From: Macrostomum lignano
Taxonomy: Eukaryota
Assembly (NCBI GenBank): GCA_002269645.1
Contig: NIVC01000920.1
Coordinates: forward strand, 310,001 to 374,000
Direction of reading: 5' to 3'
Length of the DNA stretch: 64,000 nucleotides
Shown: positions 1-12,189 of the stretch, in pieces
Layout of the letters: each line of letters starts with the position of its first letter
Numbering within the stretch: position 1 is the first letter of the stretch
Program-made: the position numbers and the translations under genes
The notes under the pieces: generated by a model
What the model was told of the DNA's origin: nothing
The model's database searches: none
Seen by the model: only the letters and a program-made list of their open reading frames with translations

Positions 1-31
1 TCATAGAATCACAACCCTGCAGAAGTCTCAC

Positions 32-299
32 CTGTCCAATATTGGAGCCGTGAGCTCCGATAGCCAGCCCCATAAGGCTGGCCGGTACGGAGAACTCCTC
101 CATGAGCTGGCCGCCGGACACGTGCGTGTGCTCAAGCCGCCTGGCCAGTTCGTCAGTGCGCTGTTTAATTAAACATTTCTGCCGCACCCCGCGCAGGAAC
201 AGCTCTTCAATTAGCGATAGGCGATTAATATCCGCCTCATCAGCTGACAGAATGCTTAAACGAGTGCCGCAGACCAGGATTAGGTAGGGCGAACGAAAC
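32..299 (-). CDS. FMR1: FMR1/FXR homolog, exon 3 (into KH1); gene continues beyond the left edge
   Basis: Hand translation: ...EEFSVPASLMGLAIGAHGSNIGQ, versus FMR1 KH1 EDLMGLAIGTHGANIQQ; AG/GTGAG boundaries, phase-compatible with exon 2. Confidence 0.9.
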
Positions 300-529
300 C
301 TAGGAGGAGAGGAGAGGGAATCAGTGAGACAGTAGTGACTTGAGTACTCAAAAAGGCTTAAACAGCGAACCATACTACTGAAAACAAAAATATAAGTAGC
401 AAGAGTGGAATCAAAAATTAAAAGTGAAAAGAAATAATTTATAAAAAACTATAGGTATAATTTATTAATCATGTAGGGCCATAGTTAATAGGTGGAAAGG
501 CAAAAGCAGATTGAAGACATGTAGATAAG

Positions 530-1030
530 CAGGTTAAAAAGAGGTAGATAACCAGATTGAAGAGACGTAGATAAGCAGGCTGAAGAGAGGCAGATAAGCA
601 GGCTGAAGAGAAGCAGATAAGCAGACTGAAGGGAGGCAGATAAGCAGGCTAAAGAGAGGCAGATAAGCAGGCTGAAGGGAGGCAGATAAGCAGGCTGAAG
701 AGAGGCAGATAAGCAGGCTAAAGAGAGGCAGATAAGCAGGCTGAAGGGAGGCAGATAAGCAGGCTGAAGAGAGGCAGATAAGCAGGCTGAAGAGAAGCAG
801 ATAAGCAGACTGAAGGGAGGCAGATAAGCAGGCTAAAGAGAGGCAGATAAGCAGGCTGAAGGGAGGCAGATAAGCAGGCTAAAGAGAGGCAGATAAGCAG
901 GCTGAAGGGAGGCAGATAAGCAGGCTGAAGAGAGGCAGATAAGCAGGCTGAAGGGAGGCAGATAAGCAGGCTGAAGAGAGGCAGATAAGCAGACTGAAGA
1001 GAGGCAGATAAGCAGGCTGAAGAGGCAGAT
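530..1030. repeat. ~23-bp minisatellite (GGCAGATAAGCAGGCTGAAGAGA) in FMR1 intron 2
   Basis: About 20 tandem copies directly visible. Confidence 0.95.
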
Positions 1031-1051
1031 ACATTATACAGTTGCACAAAC

Positions 1052-1434
1052 CTTCGCACGAGATCGCCGTGAATCTCTGGCTCGGCCACCCGATCAGCCA
1101 CATCGTGCGGGACGGTGATGTCGCGCCTGTACAGCCGAACTCCTGCCAAAGGCTTAGCGGAACCTCGCGGCCTGACCCGATTCCGTTCAACAACATCCTG
1201 AGCTCCGGAGTGCTTGAACACGCACACAACAAATTCGCCTTTGACACTGCGGACCGTGGCTGGCCACCAGCAGGCTTCTGCGGAGCTGAACACTTCCACT
1301 TCCTCATTGTCGCTCAGCGAGGGCTGAACACAGTTGTCGCCGCAGACATAGGCGTCATTGAGCGGCACAGATGCAGTGTGACCAGTGCTGTCTACGTACT
1401 CCACAGTCGAGTCAGTCACGTTTTGAATATTCAG
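1052..1434 (-). CDS. FMR1: FMR1/FXR homolog, exon 2 (tandem Agenet/Tudor domains)
   Basis: EEVEVFSSAEACWWPATVRSVKGEFVV...RVRP resembles the FMR1 Agenet-2 motif (VEVYSRAN..CGWWLA.VRMMKG.F); AG acceptor at 1435-1436, GT donor at 1051-1050 in phase 2. Confidence 0.85.
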
Positions 1435-4400
1435 CTAGATTTTATAATTGATTTGGGTATAAAAAATGCAATTCCGGTTATAAAATTTGTACGAGTATAT
1501 GCAATTTTTTGGCAAGTTAGCATGCCATAGTTTTACCTATCTGCCAATAAAACATTGCAACTTAAGCATGAAATCTTATATAAGCTATAGCAGTATGCTA
1601 AACATTTATTTAGTTCATATTTAGATCTAAACGTCTTAAGTGGTCAATTTCTGTAAAACCAAACTTCTGAAAAAAAATATTTAGTTAATAGAGCTAGATA
1701 GACCTTCATAGAATGCAAGGGTTAGAATATAAAATTGGAATATTTACAGGTTGGAATTAACATTTGATGATTATTGGTACTTTATATTGCATGTTAATAT
1801 CCTTTTTATTGGACTAGACAAAGATGATATCAGATTTTTATAGTTTTTTAGTTTCTTGCTCTAAACTGCTGTGACTTCAAAAACAAAATGGATATTTAAA
1901 AAAATTTTTTTCAATGATTTGTTGCTATATTTAGAGACCATTGAATAGCATAATGCCTAACTGATTTGATTCTTAATATAGTTTAATAGTCTAGGGAAAA
2001 TTAAAACTTGTCTTAAAAATAAAATATGCTGCCTTTAGCTTTAAATGCTATTTTAACATTGGTTCAAGTGTAATGCTGCAATTAAAGCTTGAACTATTTG
2101 TTGCAAAAACAAATTTAACTATTTTTAATAGTGTAAGATTTGTAGAATAAAGACAAAACATATATTAATTGCATATCTTATTTGAACTTTTTGAAATAAC
2201 TAAGTCAAAATTAACTAAATAGTTGACATATTGATATGCTATTATAGTATACTAGCTTTTAACTCTATTATATTAGCTAGCGACATTTTTTGCCAATTTT
2301 GAAATGCAAATTGACACCTGGAGTTTAAATTAAGTTAATAGCTCTTTGTAAACAGTTATTAAATTAAAAGTAAAATTTAGGTAACTAAAAGAATTATTAA
2401 AGTTTAAAAACAAATCTATTTTGTTTCAAAATTTTATGTTTCCCCTATCTTCCTATCTTCCATTTCTTCTTTTGTTTATCTATAATCTAAACTGTCTCAA
2501 TCTGAACCTCATCTCTGCACCTCATCAAAGTCTGTCTGATCAAAGATCATTAAACTGAATATATTTAAAGTTTATCTGACATTTTTTAAGTATTTCAACC
2601 CTAAACTTGGCATCCAACTGGATGCCTAGCAAATTATCATTGAAACACTTGGCTTCCTTATATACCAGGCCATTGAGCCATTGAGCTGGTCGACACCACT
2701 GTGTCCCACCTTTCAAAAATTCTGTGAACTGTGGCTGTAGCTCATCTGGCTACTGGCAGCCACTATAAAACATGGCAACAAGTGGACCATTCTTGTAGTG
2801 CATGGCCACTGATTGCGCAGCCACTTTTGGCTAAAGGGACTTGCCAAGAAGGAAAAGATTAACTTTTTCCCATTAAATTTAAAATACAATTATTGTTTAA
2901 ATCTTATCATTCAAGCCTTAGAAATATTGTAATCAAATAACTAAATCATTCTAAATGGTGACTCATAGGTAAAGGCATACTGAGAAGTCATGTGGCTAAT
3001 AGTTTAGCATGGCAAACTAAGTGCTAAGGTACTGGTGCTTGGTAGTTAGCTGTCTGGTGGCTTTCAAATCACTCATTTAGTCTGCACTGGAGAATTGACT
3101 TATGCTCTTGATTATTGAATCTGCAAATACATATTTGTGAGATATTTAGTATACTTACTGCTATATAGCATCCATATGCTAGATCTATTTATAAAATTAT
3201 AGCCAGTTTTTTTTGCATTTGCTTCTTTCTCAGACTGTTTTCTATGATAAGTTGCCAAACAGATACATGGCACATGTTCTTGGATGCATTCCAGTTTGGT
3301 GGCAATTTTGAAGGTAAGCCTATTGATGTTTGTTTTTTCAGCAGAATATAATGCATTCAGGTTTGAAATTAAGCTATTTTCATGCGATTTAGTTTTTAAA
3401 ATTTGACCAAAAGCTAAGTGTGGTGCTTTTCACTTTAACTGCACACTGATTACTTGTAGTCAACAAAATCAAAATTGAGGGTAAGAATATAGGTGAGATG
3501 ACATATTAAAATGATTTGGATCTATCAATATTTTGAAACAATTATGTAAATGTTTGATTGCTAGAATGTTGTCTGCCTCTGCAGTTGATATATACTCCAA
3601 TATATAGACACAATTGATTAAACACTAGACATTAGTTCAATAAGCATACTGCAAAGTAAATGACATTGTGATTTCGTATTTCTTGCAGAAGAGCAGCCAT
3701 TTTTGCAAGCCATTTATAAGCACTTGTCAGACTATGAGTGACAGTGGCTTGAAGAAAGAGCCAAGCAAATAAATTGTGATAAAGAGGAAGCTATTGGAAG
3801 TTGGAAGTTACAGCATTCTACCCAAGATTTAGTGAGAAAAAATCTCTTAGCTGTGCTTGAATTTTCTTTCAAATTTTATATGTTCTCACACATTTTTGCA
3901 TGTTAAAACAGTTTATTGATGCATGAAAAATTATTAATCACAGGTTTAAAAAGTCCATAAAATTCCTTAAAACTATGTGAAAAAATTGTAATTTTCTTTA
4001 ACCTGCAACAATGGGATGTCTTTCTACTTCCTGCTGCTATATAAAAAACTCAGTCTTAATTTTTTTCTACTTCCTACCGCTATATAAAAAAACTCAGTCT
4101 TAATATACCTTAGCTTTTTTAATATATCATTTATTTGTTCATTTTACAATTGCAACATAATATAGATGCATATAATTTCCTATATTGTAGCTTGCCTTTC
4201 ACTGGAATACTGATATTGACAATATGACAATGGTTGAACTGTGGAAAATTGTTGCCAAGCAGTAGTTGCAAGCCAAGTTCTGTAAGTTTCTTTTAATTAT
4301 AATAATGAATATGTTTAGCTAGTTTATTACAATACTAAATAGGAAATGAATTTGATCTATTATATATTTTATTATTGCATTTCTCCAATCTGCCTTTATG

Positions 4401-5347
4401 ATCAGGGGCCACAAAAGAAAAAGATAGACTGATTTATAAGTCCTACCTTGCGCAAAGAACATGAACAAAGTGGCCTGCAGATATGCCAATGAACATGGAA
4501 ATAACCCAATATTCCCAAGAGCAGCTTTGAAATATTGCCAAGTTGATCCCAAAAAAATAATTTTGTTTTAACTGGTTGGCCAGAGAAAAGAGGCTAATCA
4601 AATGGGCCATCTATCAAAAACCTACACGGATAAGAATCAAGATACCTGTAGCTGAACTATTAGTCAATGGCGGCCAGAGTCCTCCACCTCTAAACTCTCT
4701 GCCACCCTCAGAAGTCACCACTGACATCTGGTATTAAATATAGAATCTTGACACCTAATGGCCAGGTGTCCATTTCTGTCTAGCAGGACACTCGTATTAA
4801 AAAATTATTTGTTTATGTTTCTTATATTTTAAAATACTCTGTACTACTTACAAGCCCTGCATTTCTAATAAGGATTTAGGGATTTTAAGTATTTGATATG
4901 GAATGCTAAAAATTGAAATAAAAAATAATTGCCTTAGTTAAAACTTAAGGCAGCAAATTGAGCAATGGCTTTGTTGTAAAAATAAGGTGCCAATTAAAAC
5001 TAGCCCAGATCAGTTCCAAAGAAACCTGTGGCTATTTACAGTACTTATTTATTTTATTGAAGTAATGAAATGGCCATGGATTTAATATGTGTAAAATTAT
5101 CTTATACATCTTTGCAACCTGCTTTTGTATATTCTTATGCATAAACAATCTTTTGATTCAGGTTGGTACATGGTATACTTAATATTACACAATCATTGAT
5201 ATTAACTCCTCTAAAACCATTCACCCATAAAGTCAGTCTTTCATTCAAATTTAGTTTTTTTCCCATTTAGATATCATAATACTAGTAAGCAGACCTATTA
5301 CATTAATATACATGTATGTATAGTATATTATATCTCAATATCTGAGG

Positions 5348-5553
5348 CATACATACGCAACAGTCAGCTGAGTTGGCCAATCTGGCTGACCAATTTGGTA
5401 GCCAACTAAGGTAAGTTGCAAAAATGCCCACGCAAATAAATACCCAAGTAGTACTAAATAGATAATAAGGCATTTTGCCTTAATAAGACAGTCATAGTTA
5501 CTTCTGCCATTTACCCAAAGTTGCATTAATTTTGCTTTAGGGTTTCTTTTACA
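5348..5553 (-). mobile_element. Decayed, truncated copy of the 9048-9346 MITE
   Basis: Reverse complement aligns to ~9130-9346, including one TIR (CATACATACGCAAC); CpGs converted to TG/CA. Confidence 0.85.
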
Positions 5554-5790
5554 GGTAAGTCACACTATAACGATAATGGAAAAATTTTATCCAAAATTAA
5601 TATTTATTAATTTAATGAGATTTTTAAAAGTTTACTTATATTCCATATTATATTTTTAGGAGCATAAAATTCTATAGCAATACTATATGCTTGTATAAAG
5701 TTATAAACCTTTCAAAATTATAAACAAGAAATTTTTTGGCCTAACACAATTTTAAAGTTTTAAAAGGATCTGACTATGGCTTTTGTCTAT

Positions 5791-6157
5791 AAGGGGGCCA
5801 TAGCCCAGCAGTAGCGCAGCTGCTCTGGTGTGCCAACAACCCAAGCTCGATTCCAAGTGCAGTCACATTAATTTGGGGCTGAATTGGAATCTCGGCTTGG
5901 CTCTGCTTGTGCAATTAATGGCCTTGAGAGCCAACTCCCCAAGGCGCAGTGAAGTGTACATGCCTAACAATAAAATAAAGTTAGGGCTGCTGTACACTCC
6001 TGTGTGAGTGTGTGCCTGCGTATGTATCTGTGCGCTTATATGCCTGCTAAGGGGAGTTGGCGGAATGGGCAGTAATGCCTCTTGCCAGTTGTGTGCCTAT
6101 GTTGCTCAAAATGGCCAGGGTGCATACAACCTCCCCTGCCTCTAATAAAAAATAAAA
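5791..6157 (+). mobile_element. tRNA-derived SINE
   Basis: Head GGGGCCATAGCCCAGCAGTAG...GCTCGATTCC (degenerate A/B boxes), A-rich tail, 15-bp TSD ATGGCTTTTGTCTAT at 5776-5790 and 6158-6172. Confidence 0.8.
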
Positions 6158-7189
6158 ATGGCTTTTGTCTATGGTCCAAATGTATACATGCAACATTTTA
6201 TTGAGAATGAATAATAGAAGCTCAATAAATCAATACAATGATTTAGGCAGTTGTTATTTGCACTGTACCATGTAAATATTGCTGGTATAATTTACACAGT
6301 AACTGAAAAAATACCTTATAAATAATTATCCTACTAGGTTCTTGTATCTTATATTTTCATATGAATTTTAACTAACTAAAGTTAGTAGATAGAGCTTAGG
6401 CATGATTTATAATGTGTTTATAGATTAGCCACTAAGCTAGCATTTTTATTAGCTTGTAATACTGTTAATAATGCAAAGTACAAAGGGTGTTCAAAAGAAA
6501 TGAATGATAATGCAACTTGTTTGCCTTTAAAAGGATAGATTTGTAGTCAAATGTATAGATAATAGCTATAAATACTAATACAGTATATAAAACTAGTTTT
6601 TATACTAGTCTATATTTTAGTTACTATATAAATAATGATAGTACTATTTACATAGTACCATGCAAATAATGAGTGCCATGATTTATTCATTTCTTGGCTA
6701 ATTAAAATGCCATTTTAAGACATAACCTAGTATGCCTTTTGATATCAACAATGTTGGGCATAGGTCCAATATTTTAATATTCTAATAATATCACCAATAC
6801 CATTTGGGTATTCAAGTATTAGACCTTAACACTTTTAGCAGTATCAATTATAGTATTATAATACTTTTTTAAGTTTAATACTTCTATGTGTATTCTAATA
6901 CTTTTTTATAAAAGAATATTATTCTTTTTTTATTTAGACAAGCTGTTGAAACCTGCAGATTTTTACCCAGGAAATTCTAAACCCTGGAACTATGTTTGCA
7001 TGTATTCAAAATCGGAGGTCAAAATCAAACAAATACTTATTAAAAGTTAGGATATAGAGTTACATATAAAATAGAATACATTTGTGTAAAGTTAGGATTT
7101 AAGGCAAACATGGATATTGTTAGCTAGGATGCTGCGCAGAATGTTAGGAAAACTTTGGCCTCTACCTCTGCCTTTCCCTATGTCCCTTG

Positions 7190-7620
7190 GATCCTTTGAA
7201 ACTTCTATTTTCTCTTCTGTTTCCTCTCTTATCTCACATCTTTTCTCTCTCTCCTCTTATCTTTATTTCCTCTTTTTTCACTCCTCTCTTTGCCCCCTCT
7301 CTCCCCTGCTTATCTTCTCTCTTCTCTGTCCTATCTAATCTCTCCTTTCAATCCTCTCTCATCCTCTCTGCTCTTTCATCTCTGCTCTCTTCTTACTCTT
7401 TTCTACTCTCCTTTCTCATCAATCCTGTCTCATCTCTCCTTCTCCCCTACCCCTCTACTCTTTCCTCTCCCTCCTCTCTCCTCTCCTCTTGCTTATTCTT
7501 TCCCTATTCTTTGCTCTCTCCTTACCCCCTTGTCTCTCCTTTTATCTTCTATCATTCTCTTACCCCCCCTCTTGCCTCTCCTCTTCTAATAGTCTATTCC
7601 TTCTCCTTTCCACTCATATC
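7190..7620. repeat. Pyrimidine-rich (CT) low-complexity tract
   Basis: Composition; explains the S/L/P/F-rich spurious ORFs. Confidence 0.85.
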
Positions 7621-9047
7621 TGGCCTGCAGCCATGAGCAGGATTTTTTATTTGGCCTTTGAGGTTAAAGTCTATCAATCCCTGCTTCAAAAGCCAATTTG
7701 TGGGACATAGTACTCTTATGGTTTTTATCATTTCTCATGCTTTAATTACATCTTTTTGGCCAATTAGCAGCCCTGAGAGAAATTTGTATATCTCTAGCTC
7801 TAATGCAGTTTGCAGCAGTCTAACAACCAAGGAAATATGCTTTTCTTAGGAGGCCATTTAAAATTTAAAGTACTTTTATGTGAAACTTAATGTTAAAATT
7901 TTCATGGTGTAACTAATTTAGTAGGATTGCAGTGTAATTGGTTATTCATTAATTTTTTGCTATTTTCATAAACCATCCCACATCACCTTGATTTGCATTG
8001 CAGACACTGTTGAATTGCTGCAGATTTATCTATATAGAGGACAATGGTTTGAATCTCTTACTAAACTGTCATGGCCACAGACCACAGATACTATAAACAC
8101 TATGTTTATAATATCTGTGGTCATGGCTAAATGTAGCTTCTCCACTTGTGGGAGTGCAAAGAAGGCTATAAAAAAGCTATACAAAAACACTGTACATTCA
8201 TTATATACACTGAGCCCTATTGCTAGACCCTATCTCTAGGCTATGGAAATAAGTATGTGAGTAGCACAAACAATAGAAAAAGCAAAAAAACCTCACATGC
8301 TTACAGTTTCCATTTTGATTGTTATAGAGTTGACATTTTTATATTTAGACCACAGATTCTAAGAATAAATAAATAGGCCACTTAGTACAGTTGTATGTAA
8401 ACTGCTTTCAGTTCAATAGAAAGTTAAACAAAAACATTTTAATGTATTTTTAAAGCCAAGGCTCATTCACATGCAGTTTTCACTCCTAGCATAAACTCTC
8501 CAACTGCGCCTTTTCACACTACCCCTGCCCCACCCCAATTTTTTTGCCTTTCTTTAGAATTCTAGCCTAAAGCTGCCATGTACATTTCAGTGGACTTGCC
8601 AATGTACATTATTGCAGAACCAATTAGCAAGCTGTTTATGCCTACAAGCTTGGCTTCTAAACTTATCAAAATCATTTTATCTGCCTTTATTTTATAAAAA
8701 AACTTATCTATTCTTTTTTGTTACTGAACTGAAAGTAGAAAGCTGGCTTTACTAAGTATATGTGCCTGAGTAGACCATCTAGTTATTTTAATATCTATGA
8801 TTTGGATAGAAAATAAATAAATAAATAATTATGTCAAGTTTAAAGTCAATTGCTTTATGTGGAAGAAACTTATGGTAGTCAAAAGTTAGTCAATTTTAAA
8901 ACCCCATTTTCCATATCTTGCCAGTTAAGAGAAAAGAGAGGGGAGAAGGTTAGGGTAGCTGCCTCTTTGACAAAAAATAGTCTAAGTTTAAAAGTGCACA
9001 ACGCTGTTTAGGATTAACTTTGAGATTCAAAATTGTATGATTGTGTT

Positions 9048-9346
9048 CATACATGTGCAACCTCCGAAATTCGGTCGGCCATGCGACTTAGTTTTAACAA
9101 AAATGCGACGTAGTTTTTGGCCAAAAATGCGACTTAGATGTAAAAAAAACCCTAAAGCTAAATTAACGCAACTTTGGGTAAACGGCAGGAGTAACTATGA
9201 CTGTCTTATTAACTCAAAATGCCTCGTCAGCTACTTAGTACTACTACTTTGTTATTTTTTCGGGTGGGCGTTTTTGCGACTTCCTTGGTTGGCCGCCAAA
9301 TTGGTCGGCCGGATCGGCCGACTCGGCCGACTGTTGCGCATGTATG
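9048..9346 (+). mobile_element. 299-bp MITE (8-bp TSD; P- or hAT-like) containing a 28S rRNA-like segment
   Basis: TIRs CATACATGTGCAAC / GTTGCGCATGTATG; TSD ATTGTGTT at 9040-9047 and 9347-9354. Confidence 0.85.
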
Positions 9347-10391
9347 ATTGTGTTAAAATAATTAAAGATTTATTGTATCAAATTTTAGGATTCGTAGAAA
9401 TAGAGTGGCGCTATGGAAGATTTAGTGAAAAATGCACATTTTAAGCAGTTTTTTGCTTTTTGAATAGGAAGACTTGAATTTAGGAAATTGTAAGGTAGCC
9501 TAAGACATTCTCTGTGGTGAGTTTAAGGTAGGTGCAAAATTTGGTATCATTTGGTTAAGCAATTTGGAAGTCCATAGTGAACAAATTTCTATATAGACAC
9601 ACACACAGACAGAGTTTTAATTTTTATATGTATAGATTTTAGTGTTTTAAATAAGGATATATATTGATTAAAAAGAAAAAATGAAAACATAACTTTGAAA
9701 AAAAGAATTTTTTTCAAAGAAATGATTATATATTATATTTAAGTTTTTTAATAGTTGCTATGCATATATTATAATGTGCACTGGTACTACATATTTTTGT
9801 TTTTTTTGTAACTATTCTCATTAAGTGGGATTTTAATATGGGATATAAGATTAAAATTTATTAAAATTTATTGTTATAACCTATAATAATAATATAGGAT
9901 TTTAATTGTTGAACAGTTTAAAATTATAATCACAACATTAAGTTTGAATTTATTAATTTATCATTTGATTTAGACTTAACTAGATCCTTAATATTTTAAT
10001 TTCAATTTAATATAGGCTAGATTAAATTATATAGGTTAAAATAAAACAAATATAAAATACCAGGCTATCATAATCTATTTGAACTAGACTTAACTAGTTG
10101 AAATTGCATAATAACAATTTTGTTTAATTATTAATTTATAAGTTTAATAATTAACATGATTGTAACAAAATGCTGATTGTTACTTTACTAAGAAGTACCA
10201 ATTAGAGGCCAGACAGAATTGAAATATTTGGGTGGGATTGGGATTGGGAATAATTTTTTTCTCAAGATCAAGATTAGGATCGGGATTTGGGATCAGGTCT
10301 TTTAATGTATTGTATTCGAAGGTCCATATAAAGTTAAACAAAATTGAGCAAAAAATGTCAAAATTAAAAAGTAAAACACAACAGAATTGGC

Positions 10392-10676
10392 AATGGCTAG
10401 AGTTCTAGCACTGGAACCCATTTTCTAATGGCTATGGATCTGGCAGTGGTATTCCAATAGTGCAATTTATGGGTATAATATAGCAGAAACATTTTAACTT
10501 TTTAACGGGTTGTTGATATTGGGATTTAGTTCAAGATAAGATCAAAACAAAACAATGAGATTCAAAACAAGATACTTGTAATGTTCAAAGACTTCAATAG
10601 TAGATAACTGCCTGCAGAAGACTGCCAGATCCATAGCCATTAGAAAACAGGTTCTAGTGCCAAAACTCTAGCCATT
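10392..10676. repeat. Foldback element with ~56-bp inverted arms
   Basis: 10392-10447 is the near reverse complement of 10621-10676. Confidence 0.8.
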
Positions 10677-11259
10677 ACTAACAAAATTGATACAAAGTTT
10701 TGTAACAAACAAAGTAATAATGTAATATTAATAGATATAAGTTAAAACAAAATATATTTAAGTAATCACTAATTCTATAAACTTTTGATCAAAATGAACA
10801 GAAACCTATTCTCAATTTTCATGTTTTTTAGGGTTGGGATCCTGGTCCTATGAGAATACAATTTTCCTCTGGTTCCCAGGATTCGGGATTGGGATTGGGA
10901 TCCCATCCAACCTCTAGTGCCAATACACAATAATAGTGAATAGCAAAGTTAAAAAGTAGTAATTTTAGTTTGTAAGTCTAAAATTTTTGCAATAGGCTTC
11001 TTTTTGAGTATCAATATCAAAGTATCACTTTAGATCATTACTTTTTAGAGTATTGATATCCAAGACTAAATACCAATATGCTATTATGCTTATATCGCCA
11101 GATATAATATCCAGACAATATCTCTATAGGCCTAATCATTTCTTGACAAAGTGAATAACACAACTACAACTGAGGCTAAGCCTAGAGCTATATATAACAA
11201 TGACAAAGACAAAGCAACTCTTACCAACCTTCACAGCCATACATAGAAAAAAGTCTTAC

Positions 11260-11322
11260 TTGTCTATATTCTCCACGAGATCCTCTAACTTCCAGTTGCA
11301 AGGGTTGAACCGCTTGAGCCAT
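11260..11322 (-). CDS. FMR1: FMR1/FXR homolog, coding exon 1 (MAQAVQPLQLEVRGSRGEYRQ)
   Basis: ATG at 11322; the 21 codons resemble the FMR1 N-terminus (MEELVVEVRGSNGAFYK); GTAAGA donor in phase 0 matches the acceptor at 1435. Not in the ORF track. Confidence 0.8.
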
Positions 11323-12189
11323 TGAAGAAATAATATAAGTAAAATGATGTTACTGAACGACTGCAATATTTCTTTCAATTTTTGTCAACGCAAATGAGAA
11401 AGACTTTACAAACCGGTATGAAACCGTAAAAATGAATAAGTATAAAGTGAGCAAGGTAGAATAGGATTGCTAATTAAGGTTTATTAAGCTAATGACAATT
11501 ACTCAGTTTCAGGATAATTGCATGCAAACAAGTTTTCGTTCGTTTCGTTTTCGTGTGATCGAATTTATTGCAGCATTTCATCCATCAAGAGAAAGTAGGT
11601 GAACAACCACTTATGAGCTTTGATTTTTGTACTTTAAAACCATTAAATATCATTTGCGGCAGTTAAAATTAGGCATCTACGCTTTCAACGTTTTCTGCTT
11701 GAAGTATTGTTATAGCTAAATAAAAACCCGTCGACGTACATGTCTTCACTTTTGTACTTTTAATGTATTCATAAAGAGAATGGAATGTATGAATCTATGA
11801 AAGTGTGGAATTAAATATACAAGTACGATGTACATAAAAAACAGTATGCGTTTTGAGCCAGTTAATGTCAGTTAGTTGGCTGGCAAATAGCCGACTTAAT
11901 TGAGGAAATTAACAAAAGTTACTGCCATATGCCAGACACTAACAAGGAATTAGCCGTAGTCGTCCTTGATTAAGAAATATGAGGCTAAGATCTTTCTCCA
12001 ATAAAAAAACAGAAACTTTAAAGGTAATTTCGGTAAAACTGCGACGTATAGATATGTAACATGGGTTGTACATATTGCATGTGGCAAACATGAAAACATT
12101 ACATTACATGTGAAAAACATGTGAATCAATAGAAATAAGATATTGGTCAGCTAAGGGGCCAATTAGGCTGATTAAATTTTTCGGGTTTG

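Noticed and set aside
9176-9239. 28S rRNA gene
   Set aside because: Only 64 bp, inside a TIR/TSD-bounded element, with no further rDNA on either side.
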